From Burkholderiales bacterium (lineage in GTDB: Bacteria; Patescibacteriota; Minisyncoccia; Phycocordibacterales; UBA9973), in NCBI GenBank assembly GCA_023701005.1, contig JAMPXW010000001.1, positions 143,843 through 207,842 of the forward strand: a DNA stretch of 64,000 nucleotides, written 5' to 3'. Below, in pieces: positions 19,121-27,186 of the stretch (position 1 is the first letter of the stretch; each line of letters opens with the position of its first letter). The translations under genes were made by a program, and so were the position numbers. Below the pieces are notes generated by a model, which had not been told where the DNA came from, did no database searches, and saw nothing but the letters and a program-made list of their open reading frames with translations.

Positions 19121-19927
19121 CTAATTTATTGGTACTAAATTAAAAACTTCTTTTATGGTATCGAGCTTAAATAAGATACCTAGCCCAATCCACTTAATAG
19201 GTATTTTCTGTTTTTCTTTTTCCTCTGCAACAGTCTCAACTTCTGTAAAATCTAAATAAGAAAATGTTGATTCTGCAATTATTCCAAGAAGTTTATACTT
19301 ACCATTATGGCTTACAAAAACAGGACTTCCGCTTGACCCTGGAAACACTTGAGCATCAATCAATAGCTGTCTTTTTCCATTAAAGTTTATGTCTGGAATA
19401 CTAGAAATATTACCATTTCTAAAAATTGGTAGAAAATTTTTGCGATCGTAGAATCCTGTAGGATAACCTACGAAAACTATATTCTGACCACAATACAAAT
19501 CTTCATTTTTATAATCTGAGAATTCATCTAACTTTAAACTTCTCATATTTAGTGGAATTTCTGGAAAATTATAAGCCGCTGATATATCAAGACATCCAAC
19601 ATCAACTTCTTTGTCTGGATGGTCAAAATACAATTTACCATCCCTTTCTATCTCTATTTGAAACTTGTGAGTTTCTCCTAGTTTAAATGTTCCATCTTTT
19701 TCTGCCTTATGTACAGTTATTAATATTTTCTTTTTTATTCCCTCTAAATTTTTATCTTTCTTTCCAAAAAAAACATGCTTGTTTGAAAAAAGTAGCTGTT
19801 TAATTCTATTATTACCTATGTCCTTTGTTATTAAAAACCCTGTACCAAATTCTTTATCATCAATATTTTCTATCAATACTGTGTTAAAAAATACTTGCTC
19901 TTCAAATTTGTTAAATTGGACTGACAT
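19121..19927 (-). CDS. Cytoplasmic trypsin-like (chymotrypsin-fold, S1-type) serine protease
   Basis: His/Asp/Ser triad candidates (FSNKHVF; VDVGCLD; GSSGSPVF). No signal peptide or TM helix. Confidence 0.6.
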   Translation of the reverse strand: MSVQFNKFEEQVFFNTVLIENIDDKEFGTGFLITKDIGNNRIKQLLFSNKHVFFGKKDKNLEGIKKKILITVHKAEKDGTFKLGETHKFQIEIERDGKLYFDHPDKEVDVGCLDISAAYNFPEIPLNMRSLKLDEFSDYKNEDLYCGQNIVFVGYPTGFYDRKNFLPIFRNGNISSIPDINFNGKRQLLIDAQVFPGSSGSPVFVSHNGKYKLLGIIAESTFSYLDFTEVETVAEEKEKQKIPIKWIGLGILFKLDTIKEVFNLVPIN

Positions 19928-19996
19928 ACAACAAATTATAGCTTAAATATAATAAATTAAGTAGTGAGTCTACTCCGGTACTTTATTTTTAAGGGC

Positions 19997-20080
19997 GGAG
20001 GTGGTGAGATTCGAACTCACGGTCCCTTTCAGGACTTCGGTTTTCAAGACCGATGCACTAAGCCTCTATGCGACACCTCC
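19997..20080 (-). tRNA. tRNA-Ser (anticodon TGA), long variable arm
   Basis: Acceptor GGAGGTG/CACCTCC; anticodon loop CTTGAAA; extra arm AGTCCTGAAAGGGACC; T-arm GTGAGTTCGAATCTCAC; discriminator G. Confidence 0.8.
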
Positions 20081-20113
20081 CAGTAGTTGGTTCAATTCAA
20101 TATACCTTTTATC

Positions 20114-20599
20114 TTAAAAATTTTCAATCTTTTTTGTTAACCAACTTTTTTCTAAAAGATGTTCTTCCGCATGACAATTTGGACAAATTAACTCTAGATT
20201 TTCAATTTCATTATTTTTTCGATTTCGATTTTTGTGATGTACTTCTAAAATTTGGTATTTGTCATAATTACATTTTTCACATTTTTTGCCTTTTTCTTTT
20301 AATAGTTTTATTTTTAAAGCTCTTTGAGATTTTACTTTATCATTGGGGCTGTTTATTTTATATTGTATACCTTTTCTATGGATGTTGGCACAACTTCTAC
20401 TACAAGTTTTTTTGTTTAATCCAGCTAATATTAATTTTTTGCACACAACACAAGGAGTTTCTTTTCTGTTAGATAAACCATAACAATTCATACTACAAAA
20501 AACTCTTCCACTATTTTTTTGAATTTCAATAGGTCTTCTATAAATAGGGTAGGAGCAAATGATGCAATTTGTATTTGGATTTCTTTTATACTCATCCAC
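20114..20599 (-). CDS. HNH endonuclease with three N-terminal CxxC zinc-ribbon repeats
   Basis: C-terminal HNH: CEKCNYDKYQILEVHHKNRNRKNN..NLELICPNCHAEEH. N-terminal repeats C..C...(F)CS..C. Confidence 0.7.
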   Translation of the reverse strand: MDEYKRNPNTNCIICSYPIYRRPIEIQKNSGRVFCSMNCYGLSNRKETPCVVCKKLILAGLNKKTCSRSCANIHRKGIQYKINSPNDKVKSQRALKIKLLKEKGKKCEKCNYDKYQILEVHHKNRNRKNNEIENLELICPNCHAEEHLLEKSWLTKKIENF

Positions 20600-20682
20600 T
20601 AATCCAGTATACCATAAATAAAATATATATCACAAAATTAAAATGCTCAGTTTTAGTGAGCATTTTAATTTTGAAAGTTAAG

Positions 20683-20943
20683 TTATTCTATATTTTCTGT
20701 TTTCTTTGTAGAGATGGGGCCCGTCAATACTTCTTTTACGTCACTCCATTTCTTTTTTGCTATATAGAAAACATAAAATATTTCTAATATACCGAAAGTA
20801 TTTAATATTAAAATTATTATGAACCATTTCTTTTGGTCATTTTTTACAGCCAGCCATAAAGAATAACCTTTCCAAAATAAAGTCCATATGATAATAATTG
20901 GGAAAGTCCAACTATTTATTGATGCTAATCCAAATTGTTCCAT
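20683..20943 (-). CDS. Small two-TM membrane protein (Trp-rich; PLDc_N-like small membrane domain possible)
   Basis: MEQFGLASINSWTFPIIIIWTLFWKGYSLWLAV...WFIIILILNTFGILEIFYVFYIAKKKW. Confidence 0.35.
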   Translation of the reverse strand: MEQFGLASINSWTFPIIIIWTLFWKGYSLWLAVKNDQKKWFIIILILNTFGILEIFYVFYIAKKKWSDVKEVLTGPISTKKTENIE

Positions 20944-20987
20944 ATATAAATTATACCAGAAGTAAAATTTTGTGCTAGTATCATAAT

Positions 20988-21431
20988 ATGAGATTTTTAG
21001 GGATAGATTATGGAACAAAAAGGATAGGTATTGCTATTTCTGACGAAAATGGAAGTTTGGCTTTTCCGAAAGAAATTATTTTCAATGATGAAAATACCTT
21101 AAGAAAGATTAAAGATATAATAAAAAAAGAGAACATAGAAGAACTTGTGATAGGAGAGTCTGTAGATTTTTCAGGAAAGTTAAACATCCTTTCGGCTAGG
21201 ATTGATATCTTTATTTCTGAACTTAAAGATAATTTTGATTTACCTATTAATAAACAAAAAGAGTTTTTAACTTCAATGGAGGCTCGCAAGGCAGGTGATA
21301 ATAAAAGGACATTGAGTCAATCTCAGGTACATAGTAAAGTTAAACAAAAAAAGAGTGGAAGAGTGGACGCTAGTGCTGCGGCATTAATTTTACAAAGATA
21401 TTTAGATAAGATTAATAATTTAAAAAAATAA
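20988..21431 (+). CDS. ruvX: Holliday junction resolvase-like RuvX/YqgF
   Basis: MRFLGIDYGTKRIGIAISD... (RNase H-like YqgF signature) and ..ELVIGESVD..G. Confidence 0.8.
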   Translation: MRFLGIDYGTKRIGIAISDENGSLAFPKEIIFNDENTLRKIKDIIKKENIEELVIGESVDFSGKLNILSARIDIFISELKDNFDLPINKQKEFLTSMEARKAGDNKRTLSQSQVHSKVKQKKSGRVDASAAALILQRYLDKINNLKK

Positions 21432-21432
21432 A

Positions 21433-21801
21433 ATGATAAATTATGAAGATTTTAAAAAAATAGATATTGCTGTCGGTAAGATTTTATCAGCAGAAAAGAT
21501 ACCAGATACAGATAAGTTGCTTAAATTGAGTGTAGATATGGGGCCTCTGATTACAGAGGGGCCAGATGGTATGAAAGAAGAAAAGAGAGACATAAGACAG
21601 ATTGTTTCAGGCATTTCTTTATATTTTCCTGATTGTTCTTTGTTGGTGGGGAGGAAATGTATGTTTGTTGCTAATCTAGAGCCCAGAGTTATTCGTGGTT
21701 TTGAAAGTCAAGGTATGATATTGGCTGTCTCTACATCAGATAATAAGTTTTCTTTGCTTTCACCGAATGACGATATTCCCGAAGGCTCTCGTGCTAGATA
21801 A
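21433..21801 (+). CDS. tRNA-binding domain protein (CsaA/Trbp111/EMAP-like OB fold)
   Basis: FKKIDIAVGKILSAEKIPDTDKLLKLSVDMG...RQIVSGISLYF....LVGRKCMFVANLEPRVIRGFESQGMILA. Confidence 0.65.
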   Translation: MINYEDFKKIDIAVGKILSAEKIPDTDKLLKLSVDMGPLITEGPDGMKEEKRDIRQIVSGISLYFPDCSLLVGRKCMFVANLEPRVIRGFESQGMILAVSTSDNKFSLLSPNDDIPEGSRAR

Positions 21802-21841
21802 AATGATAGCAGTAATATGAAGTATATTGTATAATATTCTT

Positions 21842-22924
21842 ATGTTAAAGAATTTTTCTGATAGGTTTTTCCCAACACCAAAATTTCTTGCAGTACCTTC
21901 TTTCGGTTTAGATATATCTGATGAATCAATAAAATTTATAGAGCTTCTTAACAAGAGGAGTTCTGTTACTGTGCATCGATATGGAGAAAAAAAGATCCCT
22001 GCTGGTGTTATTGATTCAGGTAAAATAAAAGATAAGAAGAAAATGGAAGAGATATTGATAGCTCTTTCAAAAGAAGAGGGAATAAAATCTGTTAGAGTTT
22101 CTCTTCCAGAAGAGCAAGTTTATTTATTTAATCTTAGATTAGAAAAAGCAGGATTAGAAAATGTAAAAGAAAGCATAGAGCTTTCATTGGAAGAATACAT
22201 ACCGATTCCTGCCCCAGATGCTATTTTTGATTACGAAATCTTAAGTGAAGATGAAAAGAGTTTAAAATTACAAGTGGCGGCAATTCCTAAGAATGTCATC
22301 GAAGACTATCTTTCGGTTTTCAAAAATTCATCAATTTCAGTAAAGTCTTTTGAACTAGAAGCGCAAGCTATCTCTAGGGCAGTTGTAAAAAAGGGGGACT
22401 CGAGTACTTATATGATTGTAGATTTTGGTAAGAAACGCACGGGAATTTTTATTGTTTCAAATGGAATTGTCATTTTTACATCTACGTTGGATGTCGGAGG
22501 GACATTGCTAACTAATATGATAGAAAAGAATTTCAAAATAAGTTTTGAAGAAGCAGAAAAGAAAAAGATTGAATGTGGTCTAAAAAGAAATTCTAAAAAC
22601 ACGGAGATATTTTCTGTTCTTTTGAATGGAGTTTCTATTTTGCGTGATGAAATAGTAAAACATTTTTTATATTGGCATACTCACAAAGACGAAGAAGGCA
22701 GAGATAGGCCACCTATTGAGAAAGTTATTTTATGTGGAGGAGATTCAAATTTGGTAGGTCTTTCTGATTATTTATCTGTGAGTATGAAGACAAAAGCAGA
22801 GATGGGTAATGTTTGGATAAATATTACAAATACAGGTGAAGACATACCAGAGATAAGTTTTGATGAGTCTTTAACCTTTGCGACGGCTGTAGGTTTAGCA
22901 TTAGGAGATTTTGAATATGATTAA
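21842..22924 (+). CDS. pilM: Type IV pilus assembly ATPase-like protein PilM
   Basis: Actin-like fold start FGLDISDESIKFIEL; second half ..VDFGKKRTGIFIV..G; gene order pilM-pilN-pilO with overlaps. Confidence 0.7.
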   Translation: MLKNFSDRFFPTPKFLAVPSFGLDISDESIKFIELLNKRSSVTVHRYGEKKIPAGVIDSGKIKDKKKMEEILIALSKEEGIKSVRVSLPEEQVYLFNLRLEKAGLENVKESIELSLEEYIPIPAPDAIFDYEILSEDEKSLKLQVAAIPKNVIEDYLSVFKNSSISVKSFELEAQAISRAVVKKGDSSTYMIVDFGKKRTGIFIVSNGIVIFTSTLDVGGTLLTNMIEKNFKISFEEAEKKKIECGLKRNSKNTEIFSVLLNGVSILRDEIVKHFLYWHTHKDEEGRDRPPIEKVILCGGDSNLVGLSDYLSVSMKTKAEMGNVWINITNTGEDIPEISFDESLTFATAVGLALGDFEYD

Positions 22925-23459
22925 TTTAATCCCAAACAAAGAAAAAAGAGAAATGTCTAAAGAGTTTTATTTTAGACTAATTGCACTTACATTTTTAATG
23001 TTAGGTATTTCTTTGCTAGTTTTTTCTATTCTTATTTTACCTTCTTATCTACTTGCTTCATCTAGTAGGGTTTCTTTTTTAAATAAATTAGAGGAACAAA
23101 AGAAAGAAATTATTCCTTTACCTGACCAAAATACAATTTTAGTTATTAAAAATTTAAAAAATAAAATAAATTTGATTGAAACTACTGAAAAAAATAAAAA
23201 AATTTTTTCACAAAGAATATTAAATGAGATAATTCTAAAAAAGATACCGAATATTAAAATTACAGAAATTATTTATAAAAATGATATGAAAGAAGGAGAG
23301 AAGATAAGTATTTCAGGAAGAGCTTCTAGTCGTGAGGTGTTGTTGTCTTTTAGGAGAACACTGGAGGATAATCCTGCTTTTTCAAAGGTAGATTTGCCGA
23401 TCTCTAATTTTATAAAGGGTTCTAATATAAGATTTTATTTAACCTTGATACCATCATAA
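22911..23459 (+). CDS. pilN: Type IV pilus assembly protein PilN-like (single TM + periplasmic domain)
   Basis: Cytoplasmic INLIPNKEK..., TM LIALTFLMLGISLLVFSILILP; position after pilM with a 14-nt overlap. Confidence 0.55.
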   Translation: MNMINLIPNKEKREMSKEFYFRLIALTFLMLGISLLVFSILILPSYLLASSSRVSFLNKLEEQKKEIIPLPDQNTILVIKNLKNKINLIETTEKNKKIFSQRILNEIILKKIPNIKITEIIYKNDMKEGEKISISGRASSREVLLSFRRTLEDNPAFSKVDLPISNFIKGSNIRFYLTLIPS

Positions 23460-23465
23460 AATTAT

Positions 23466-23990
23466 ATGCAATTTATAAATCAAAAAAAATACTTAATATT
23501 GTCCATCGTATTCTTTTTGTTTTTTTGTGCTACATCTGTATTTTTGTATCAAAAAACGAAGGACTATAACAAAGAAGCTCTTGCCTTGCAGGAAGAATGG
23601 CAGACAGAGAATATTCGTAGAGAAAATGTTAAATATCTTTCTAGTTCTGTAAAAACGATACAAAGGGAGATCACTTCACTAGAAAGTCATTTTGTTAAGA
23701 GTTCTGATGTTGTACCTTTTTTAGATACAATTGAGAAGTTGGCAAATGAGGTAAATTTAAAATCAGAGATTTCATCTGTTGATGTAAATAAGATGAGTCC
23801 CGCCCTCATGATTGAAATGAGGGTGCAGGGTAGTTTTGAAAATATTTATAAATTGATAAGACTTTTGGAACATTCACAATATGAACTAGAATTTGTTTCT
23901 ATTAATATACAAGAGATGGAGAATTCTACTGGGAAAGTTCCTCAATGGAATGCAGCTTTAATGATAAAGCTTTTAAGTTTTGAGATCTAA
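23466..23990 (+). CDS. pilO: Type IV pilus assembly protein PilO-like
   Basis: N-terminal TM YLILSIVFFLFFCATSVFLY, coiled-coil, C-terminal alpha/beta segment; position. Confidence 0.5.
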   Translation: MQFINQKKYLILSIVFFLFFCATSVFLYQKTKDYNKEALALQEEWQTENIRRENVKYLSSSVKTIQREITSLESHFVKSSDVVPFLDTIEKLANEVNLKSEISSVDVNKMSPALMIEMRVQGSFENIYKLIRLLEHSQYELEFVSINIQEMENSTGKVPQWNAALMIKLLSFEI

Positions 23991-24306
23991 TTTTATGAAT
24001 ATAAATATAGAGTTTTTAAAAAAGAAAAAGAAATTTACAAAAGGAGACTCTAAATTGAGGCCAGATTTGTATTGGAGGTATATTCTCTTGGTGACTTTTG
24101 TCCTAATCACGCTCTCTTTTGTTTTTGGTTTTTTCCTCTTTTTAGATGTGACTAAAGATAGAGATTTTTCAACTATAAGCGTAAACGAAAGGGATACTTT
24201 AAAGAAAGAGAAAATAAATTCTGCGCTTCTTTATTTTAAAGAAAGAGAAAATAAATCAAATGAGATTCTGAATTCTCCTTCTATGGTTATTGACCCATCG
24301 TTATAA
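23980..24306 (+). CDS. Hypothetical single-TM protein following pilO (possible further pilus assembly component)
   Basis: 108 aa; TM ILLVTFVLITLSFVFGFFLFL; overlaps the pilO stop. Confidence 0.35.
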   Translation: MRSNFMNINIEFLKKKKKFTKGDSKLRPDLYWRYILLVTFVLITLSFVFGFFLFLDVTKDRDFSTISVNERDTLKKEKINSALLYFKERENKSNEILNSPSMVIDPSL

Positions 24307-24407
24307 AAATGTTAATTTAGATAGGTATTTGTTTGCGTGATTAGCTAAGTTGTAGCGACTTCCGTGAAATGCACTTTTGTAAGAAAAGTAATATGTAAAT
24401 ATATTTT

Positions 24408-24480
24408 GCGCGGTTAGCTCAGTTGGTAGAGCAACCCGTTTACACCGGGAAGGTCGTAGGTTCGAGTCCTACACCGCGCA
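24408..24480 (+). tRNA. tRNA-Val (anticodon TAC)
   Basis: GCGCGGT acceptor; D-arm AGCTCAGTTGGTAGAGC; anticodon loop TTTACAC; T-arm GTAGGTTCGAGTCCTAC; discriminator A. Confidence 0.85.
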
Positions 24481-24486
24481 CTAGCT

Positions 24487-24558
24487 GCCTTCGTAGTTCA
24501 ATGGATAGAACAGAGCTCTTCTAAGGCTTTGATGTAGGTTCGATTCCTACCGAAGGCA
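24487..24558 (+). tRNA. tRNA-Arg (anticodon TCT)
   Basis: GCCTTCG acceptor; D-loop AATGGATA (A20); anticodon loop CTTCTAA; T-arm GTAGGTTCGATTCCTAC; discriminator A. 6 nt after tRNA-Val. Confidence 0.8.
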
Positions 24559-24566
24559 CAAATAAA

Positions 24567-25451
24567 ATGACGTCAAAAATAAAGATTTTATATGAAGATA
24601 AAGATGTATTGGTTATAGATAAGCCATCAGGTATTTCTGTCCATCCAGATGGAAAGACAAAAGAAAAAACTATTTCTGATTGGTTTTTTAAAAAATATCC
24701 AAAATCAAAAAATGTTGGAGAGCCTATAAAAATATCAAAGACTTCGGAAGAAGTTCAAAATTTTTCCTCCTGCGCCCTTCCTCGAGTACGAGTTGGGGCC
24801 CTCGGAGATAAAAATTTTGAATTTCTTCCTCGTCCAGGTATTGTGCATAGATTAGATAAAGAAACTTCCGGGGTTTTAATTTTGGTAAAAAATCAGACAG
24901 CTTATGAATTTTTAAAAAACCAATTTAAAAATAGAGAAATAAAGAAAGTTTACAACACTGTCGTTTTGGGATCTGTAAAGAATGATCGTGGGGTGATTAG
25001 AAAACCAATTGGCAGAAGTGGTAATGATTTTCGTAAAAGATTAGCAGGGCGTGGGGCAAGAGGGGAGCTCAGAGAGGCTGTCACAGAATATACTGTCGTG
25101 AAGAGATTTCAGGATGAATGTGCACAAAATTTTTCCTCTTGCGCCCTTCTTCGGGCGCAAAAAGGGAAACAAAGTGGGACCCTCAGAGATAAAAATTTTG
25201 TGCACACTCATCCTTACACTTATTTAGAAGTACGTCCCAAGACAGGACGCACTCATCAGATCCGTGTTCATATGAAATTTATAAATCATTCTGTAGTTAA
25301 TGATTCACTTTATAATCCCAATCAGCCACACCCAAAAGGTTTTATTAGGTTAGCTCTACATGCAAAATCTATAGAATTTAAGGATCTAAAGGGTAATCTG
25401 CATAAGATAGAATCTGCTTTGCCAAAAGAGTTTCAAAAAGTGTTAAAATAA
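24567..25451 (+). CDS. RluA-family pseudouridine synthase (RluD/RluC-like) carrying two in-frame palindromic-element insertions
   Basis: LVIDKPSGISVHP; catalytic HRLDKETSGVLILVKN; C-terminal TGRTHQIRVHM. Insert-encoded peptides NFSSCALPRVRVGALGDKNF and NFSSCALLRAQKGKQSGTLRDKNF interrupt conserved blocks. Confidence 0.8.
   Translation: MTSKIKILYEDKDVLVIDKPSGISVHPDGKTKEKTISDWFFKKYPKSKNVGEPIKISKTSEEVQNFSSCALPRVRVGALGDKNFEFLPRPGIVHRLDKETSGVLILVKNQTAYEFLKNQFKNREIKKVYNTVVLGSVKNDRGVIRKPIGRSGNDFRKRLAGRGARGELREAVTEYTVVKRFQDECAQNFSSCALLRAQKGKQSGTLRDKNFVHTHPYTYLEVRPKTGRTHQIRVHMKFINHSVVNDSLYNPNQPHPKGFIRLALHAKSIEFKDLKGNLHKIESALPKEFQKVLK
24757..24818. repeat. Palindromic element family A, copy 2 (caaaatttttcctcctgcgcccttcctcgag...ggggccctcggagataaaaatttt)
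   Basis: Terminal inverted repeats aaaatttttcctc / gagataaaaatttt; GC-rich core; in frame in the RluA gene. Confidence 0.65.
25126..25199. repeat. Palindromic element family A, copy 3 (caaaatttttcctcttgcgcccttcttcgggcgc...gggaccctcagagataaaaatttt)
   Basis: Same ends and core as copy 2; internal perfect hairpin gcgccc-ttcttc-gggcgc; in frame in the RluA gene. Confidence 0.65.
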
Positions 25452-25455
25452 TATT

Positions 25456-27132
25456 ATGAATTCTGAAATTAAGAATTGCCAGAATTGTAAGAAAGACTTC
25501 ACGATAGAGTCTGAAGATTTTAAGTTTTATGAAAAAATTGGAGTTTTGCCTCCTAAGATATGCCCAGAATGCAGGGCGAGACTTCGCCTTTCTTTTAGAA
25601 ATGAAAGATGTTTTTACAAACACGAGTGTGGTAATTGTAAAAAAGATACAATTTCAATTTTTAGTTTTAATAAAATTTATCCAAGCTGGTGTTCAGAATG
25701 TTGGTGGAGTGATGCCTTAGATAGTAAAAAATATGGAATAGATTATAATTTTGATGAAAATTTTTTTAAACAACTTGAAAAGGTTTGGGAAAAAGTTCCA
25801 AGAGAAGCTTTAGTTGGTGCCAGAAATGTAGGGTGTAATTATTTAAATTTTGCTGCAGATAACAAAAATTGTTATATGATAATTGAATCATCTAATAATG
25901 AAAATTGTTTGAATTGTTATTGGATTCAGTTGTCAAAAGAATTAGTTGATTGTTCCTTTACACAAAAAGTTGAACTTTCTTATGAAATAGATGATTGTTA
26001 TGATTGCCATTCAATGAAATGGTCAAAAGGTTGTCATAATTGCTTAGATAGTGCATTCCTTCTTGATTGTCGTGGTTGCACAAACTGTTTTGGTTGCATA
26101 AATCTACGTAATGCTTCTTATCAAATTTTTAATGTTCAATATTCTAAAGAAGAATATGAAGAAAAATTAAAATCTTTCAGATTAGATACTTATTCTGGGG
26201 TAGAATCTTTTAAAAAGGAATTTCAAAATTTTATAAAAAATAAACCACGTAAATTTGCAGAAATTTCGAATGTAAAAAATTCAACGGGTAATTATATGAC
26301 AAATGTCAAAAATAATCGTTCGTGTTTTCATTCTTATGAAGCTGAAGATAATGCTTACTCTGTTCATGTTTGGCGCGGAGCAAAAGATTGTGTAGATTGT
26401 AGTACTGCAGGACGTACCGCTGAATTAATTTATAATTCTCTTAACATGGGTATGGGTGTTTCGAATGTTGTTTCTAGTTTCGAATGTTGGAGTTCTCAAT
26501 TCATGGAGTATTGTGTCGGATGCCCTAATTCGAATAATTGTTTTGGTTGTGTTGGTCTAATAAAAAGTTCTTATTGTATTTTGAATAAACAATATACAAA
26601 AGATGAGTATAGAAAATTACGTTCAAAAATTATTTTAAAAATGAGAGAAGAGGGAATTTATGGAGATTTTTTCCCAAGTAGTATGTCAATGTTTGGCTAT
26701 AATGAATCTTCGGCTTTTGAAGAATATCCACTTAACAAAGAAGAAGCTTTGGCTCAAGGATTTAAATGGGAAGATACAGAACGGGGGACATATGGTAAAG
26801 AGACTATAGATTGGAGCAATTTCCCTGATTCCATAAAAGATATAGCTGAAGATTTTGATGTTAATAAAGAAATTTTTGTTTGCTTGGAATGCAAAAAGAA
26901 TTATCGAGTTATAAATAATGAGATTTCTTTTTATAAAAGAATGAGTATTCCAATACCAAGGATTTGTCCGGAATGTAGACATATAAAAAGATTCAAGAAT
27001 CGTGGTCCAAACAAGCTTTGGCATAGAAAATGTATGAAAGAAGGATGTAACAATGAATTTGAAACAAGTTATTCTCCAGATAGACCAGAGATAGTGTATT
27101 GTGAAAAATGCTATCAGCAAGAAGTATATTAA
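25456..27132 (+). CDS. Cysteine-rich multi-zinc-ribbon protein, paralog 1 (558 aa, >45 Cys, cytoplasmic, family not recognised)
   Basis: N-terminus CQNCKKDFTIE.EDFKFYEK..V.PP..CPECR and C-terminus CLECKKNY.V...EISFYKRMSIPIPRICPECR...CMKEGC.....YSPDRPEIVYCEKCYQQE (zinc-ribbon-like bookends). Internal duplicated C..C..C.NCFGCV.L.....Y.I.N..Y.K.EY units. Confidence 0.7.
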   Translation: MNSEIKNCQNCKKDFTIESEDFKFYEKIGVLPPKICPECRARLRLSFRNERCFYKHECGNCKKDTISIFSFNKIYPSWCSECWWSDALDSKKYGIDYNFDENFFKQLEKVWEKVPREALVGARNVGCNYLNFAADNKNCYMIIESSNNENCLNCYWIQLSKELVDCSFTQKVELSYEIDDCYDCHSMKWSKGCHNCLDSAFLLDCRGCTNCFGCINLRNASYQIFNVQYSKEEYEEKLKSFRLDTYSGVESFKKEFQNFIKNKPRKFAEISNVKNSTGNYMTNVKNNRSCFHSYEAEDNAYSVHVWRGAKDCVDCSTAGRTAELIYNSLNMGMGVSNVVSSFECWSSQFMEYCVGCPNSNNCFGCVGLIKSSYCILNKQYTKDEYRKLRSKIILKMREEGIYGDFFPSSMSMFGYNESSAFEEYPLNKEEALAQGFKWEDTERGTYGKETIDWSNFPDSIKDIAEDFDVNKEIFVCLECKKNYRVINNEISFYKRMSIPIPRICPECRHIKRFKNRGPNKLWHRKCMKEGCNNEFETSYSPDRPEIVYCEKCYQQEVY

Positions 27133-27186
27133 AAATATACTCAACACTTTTAAACGATCGTCCAAAAGTGTTGAGAAAGATAAAAA

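Noticed and set aside
17979-20080. Classical integrase-mediated genomic island between tRNA-Arg and tRNA-Ser
   Set aside because: No integrase or recombinase gene and no direct repeat of either tRNA 3' end found by eye. Retained only as a possible decayed islet in findings.
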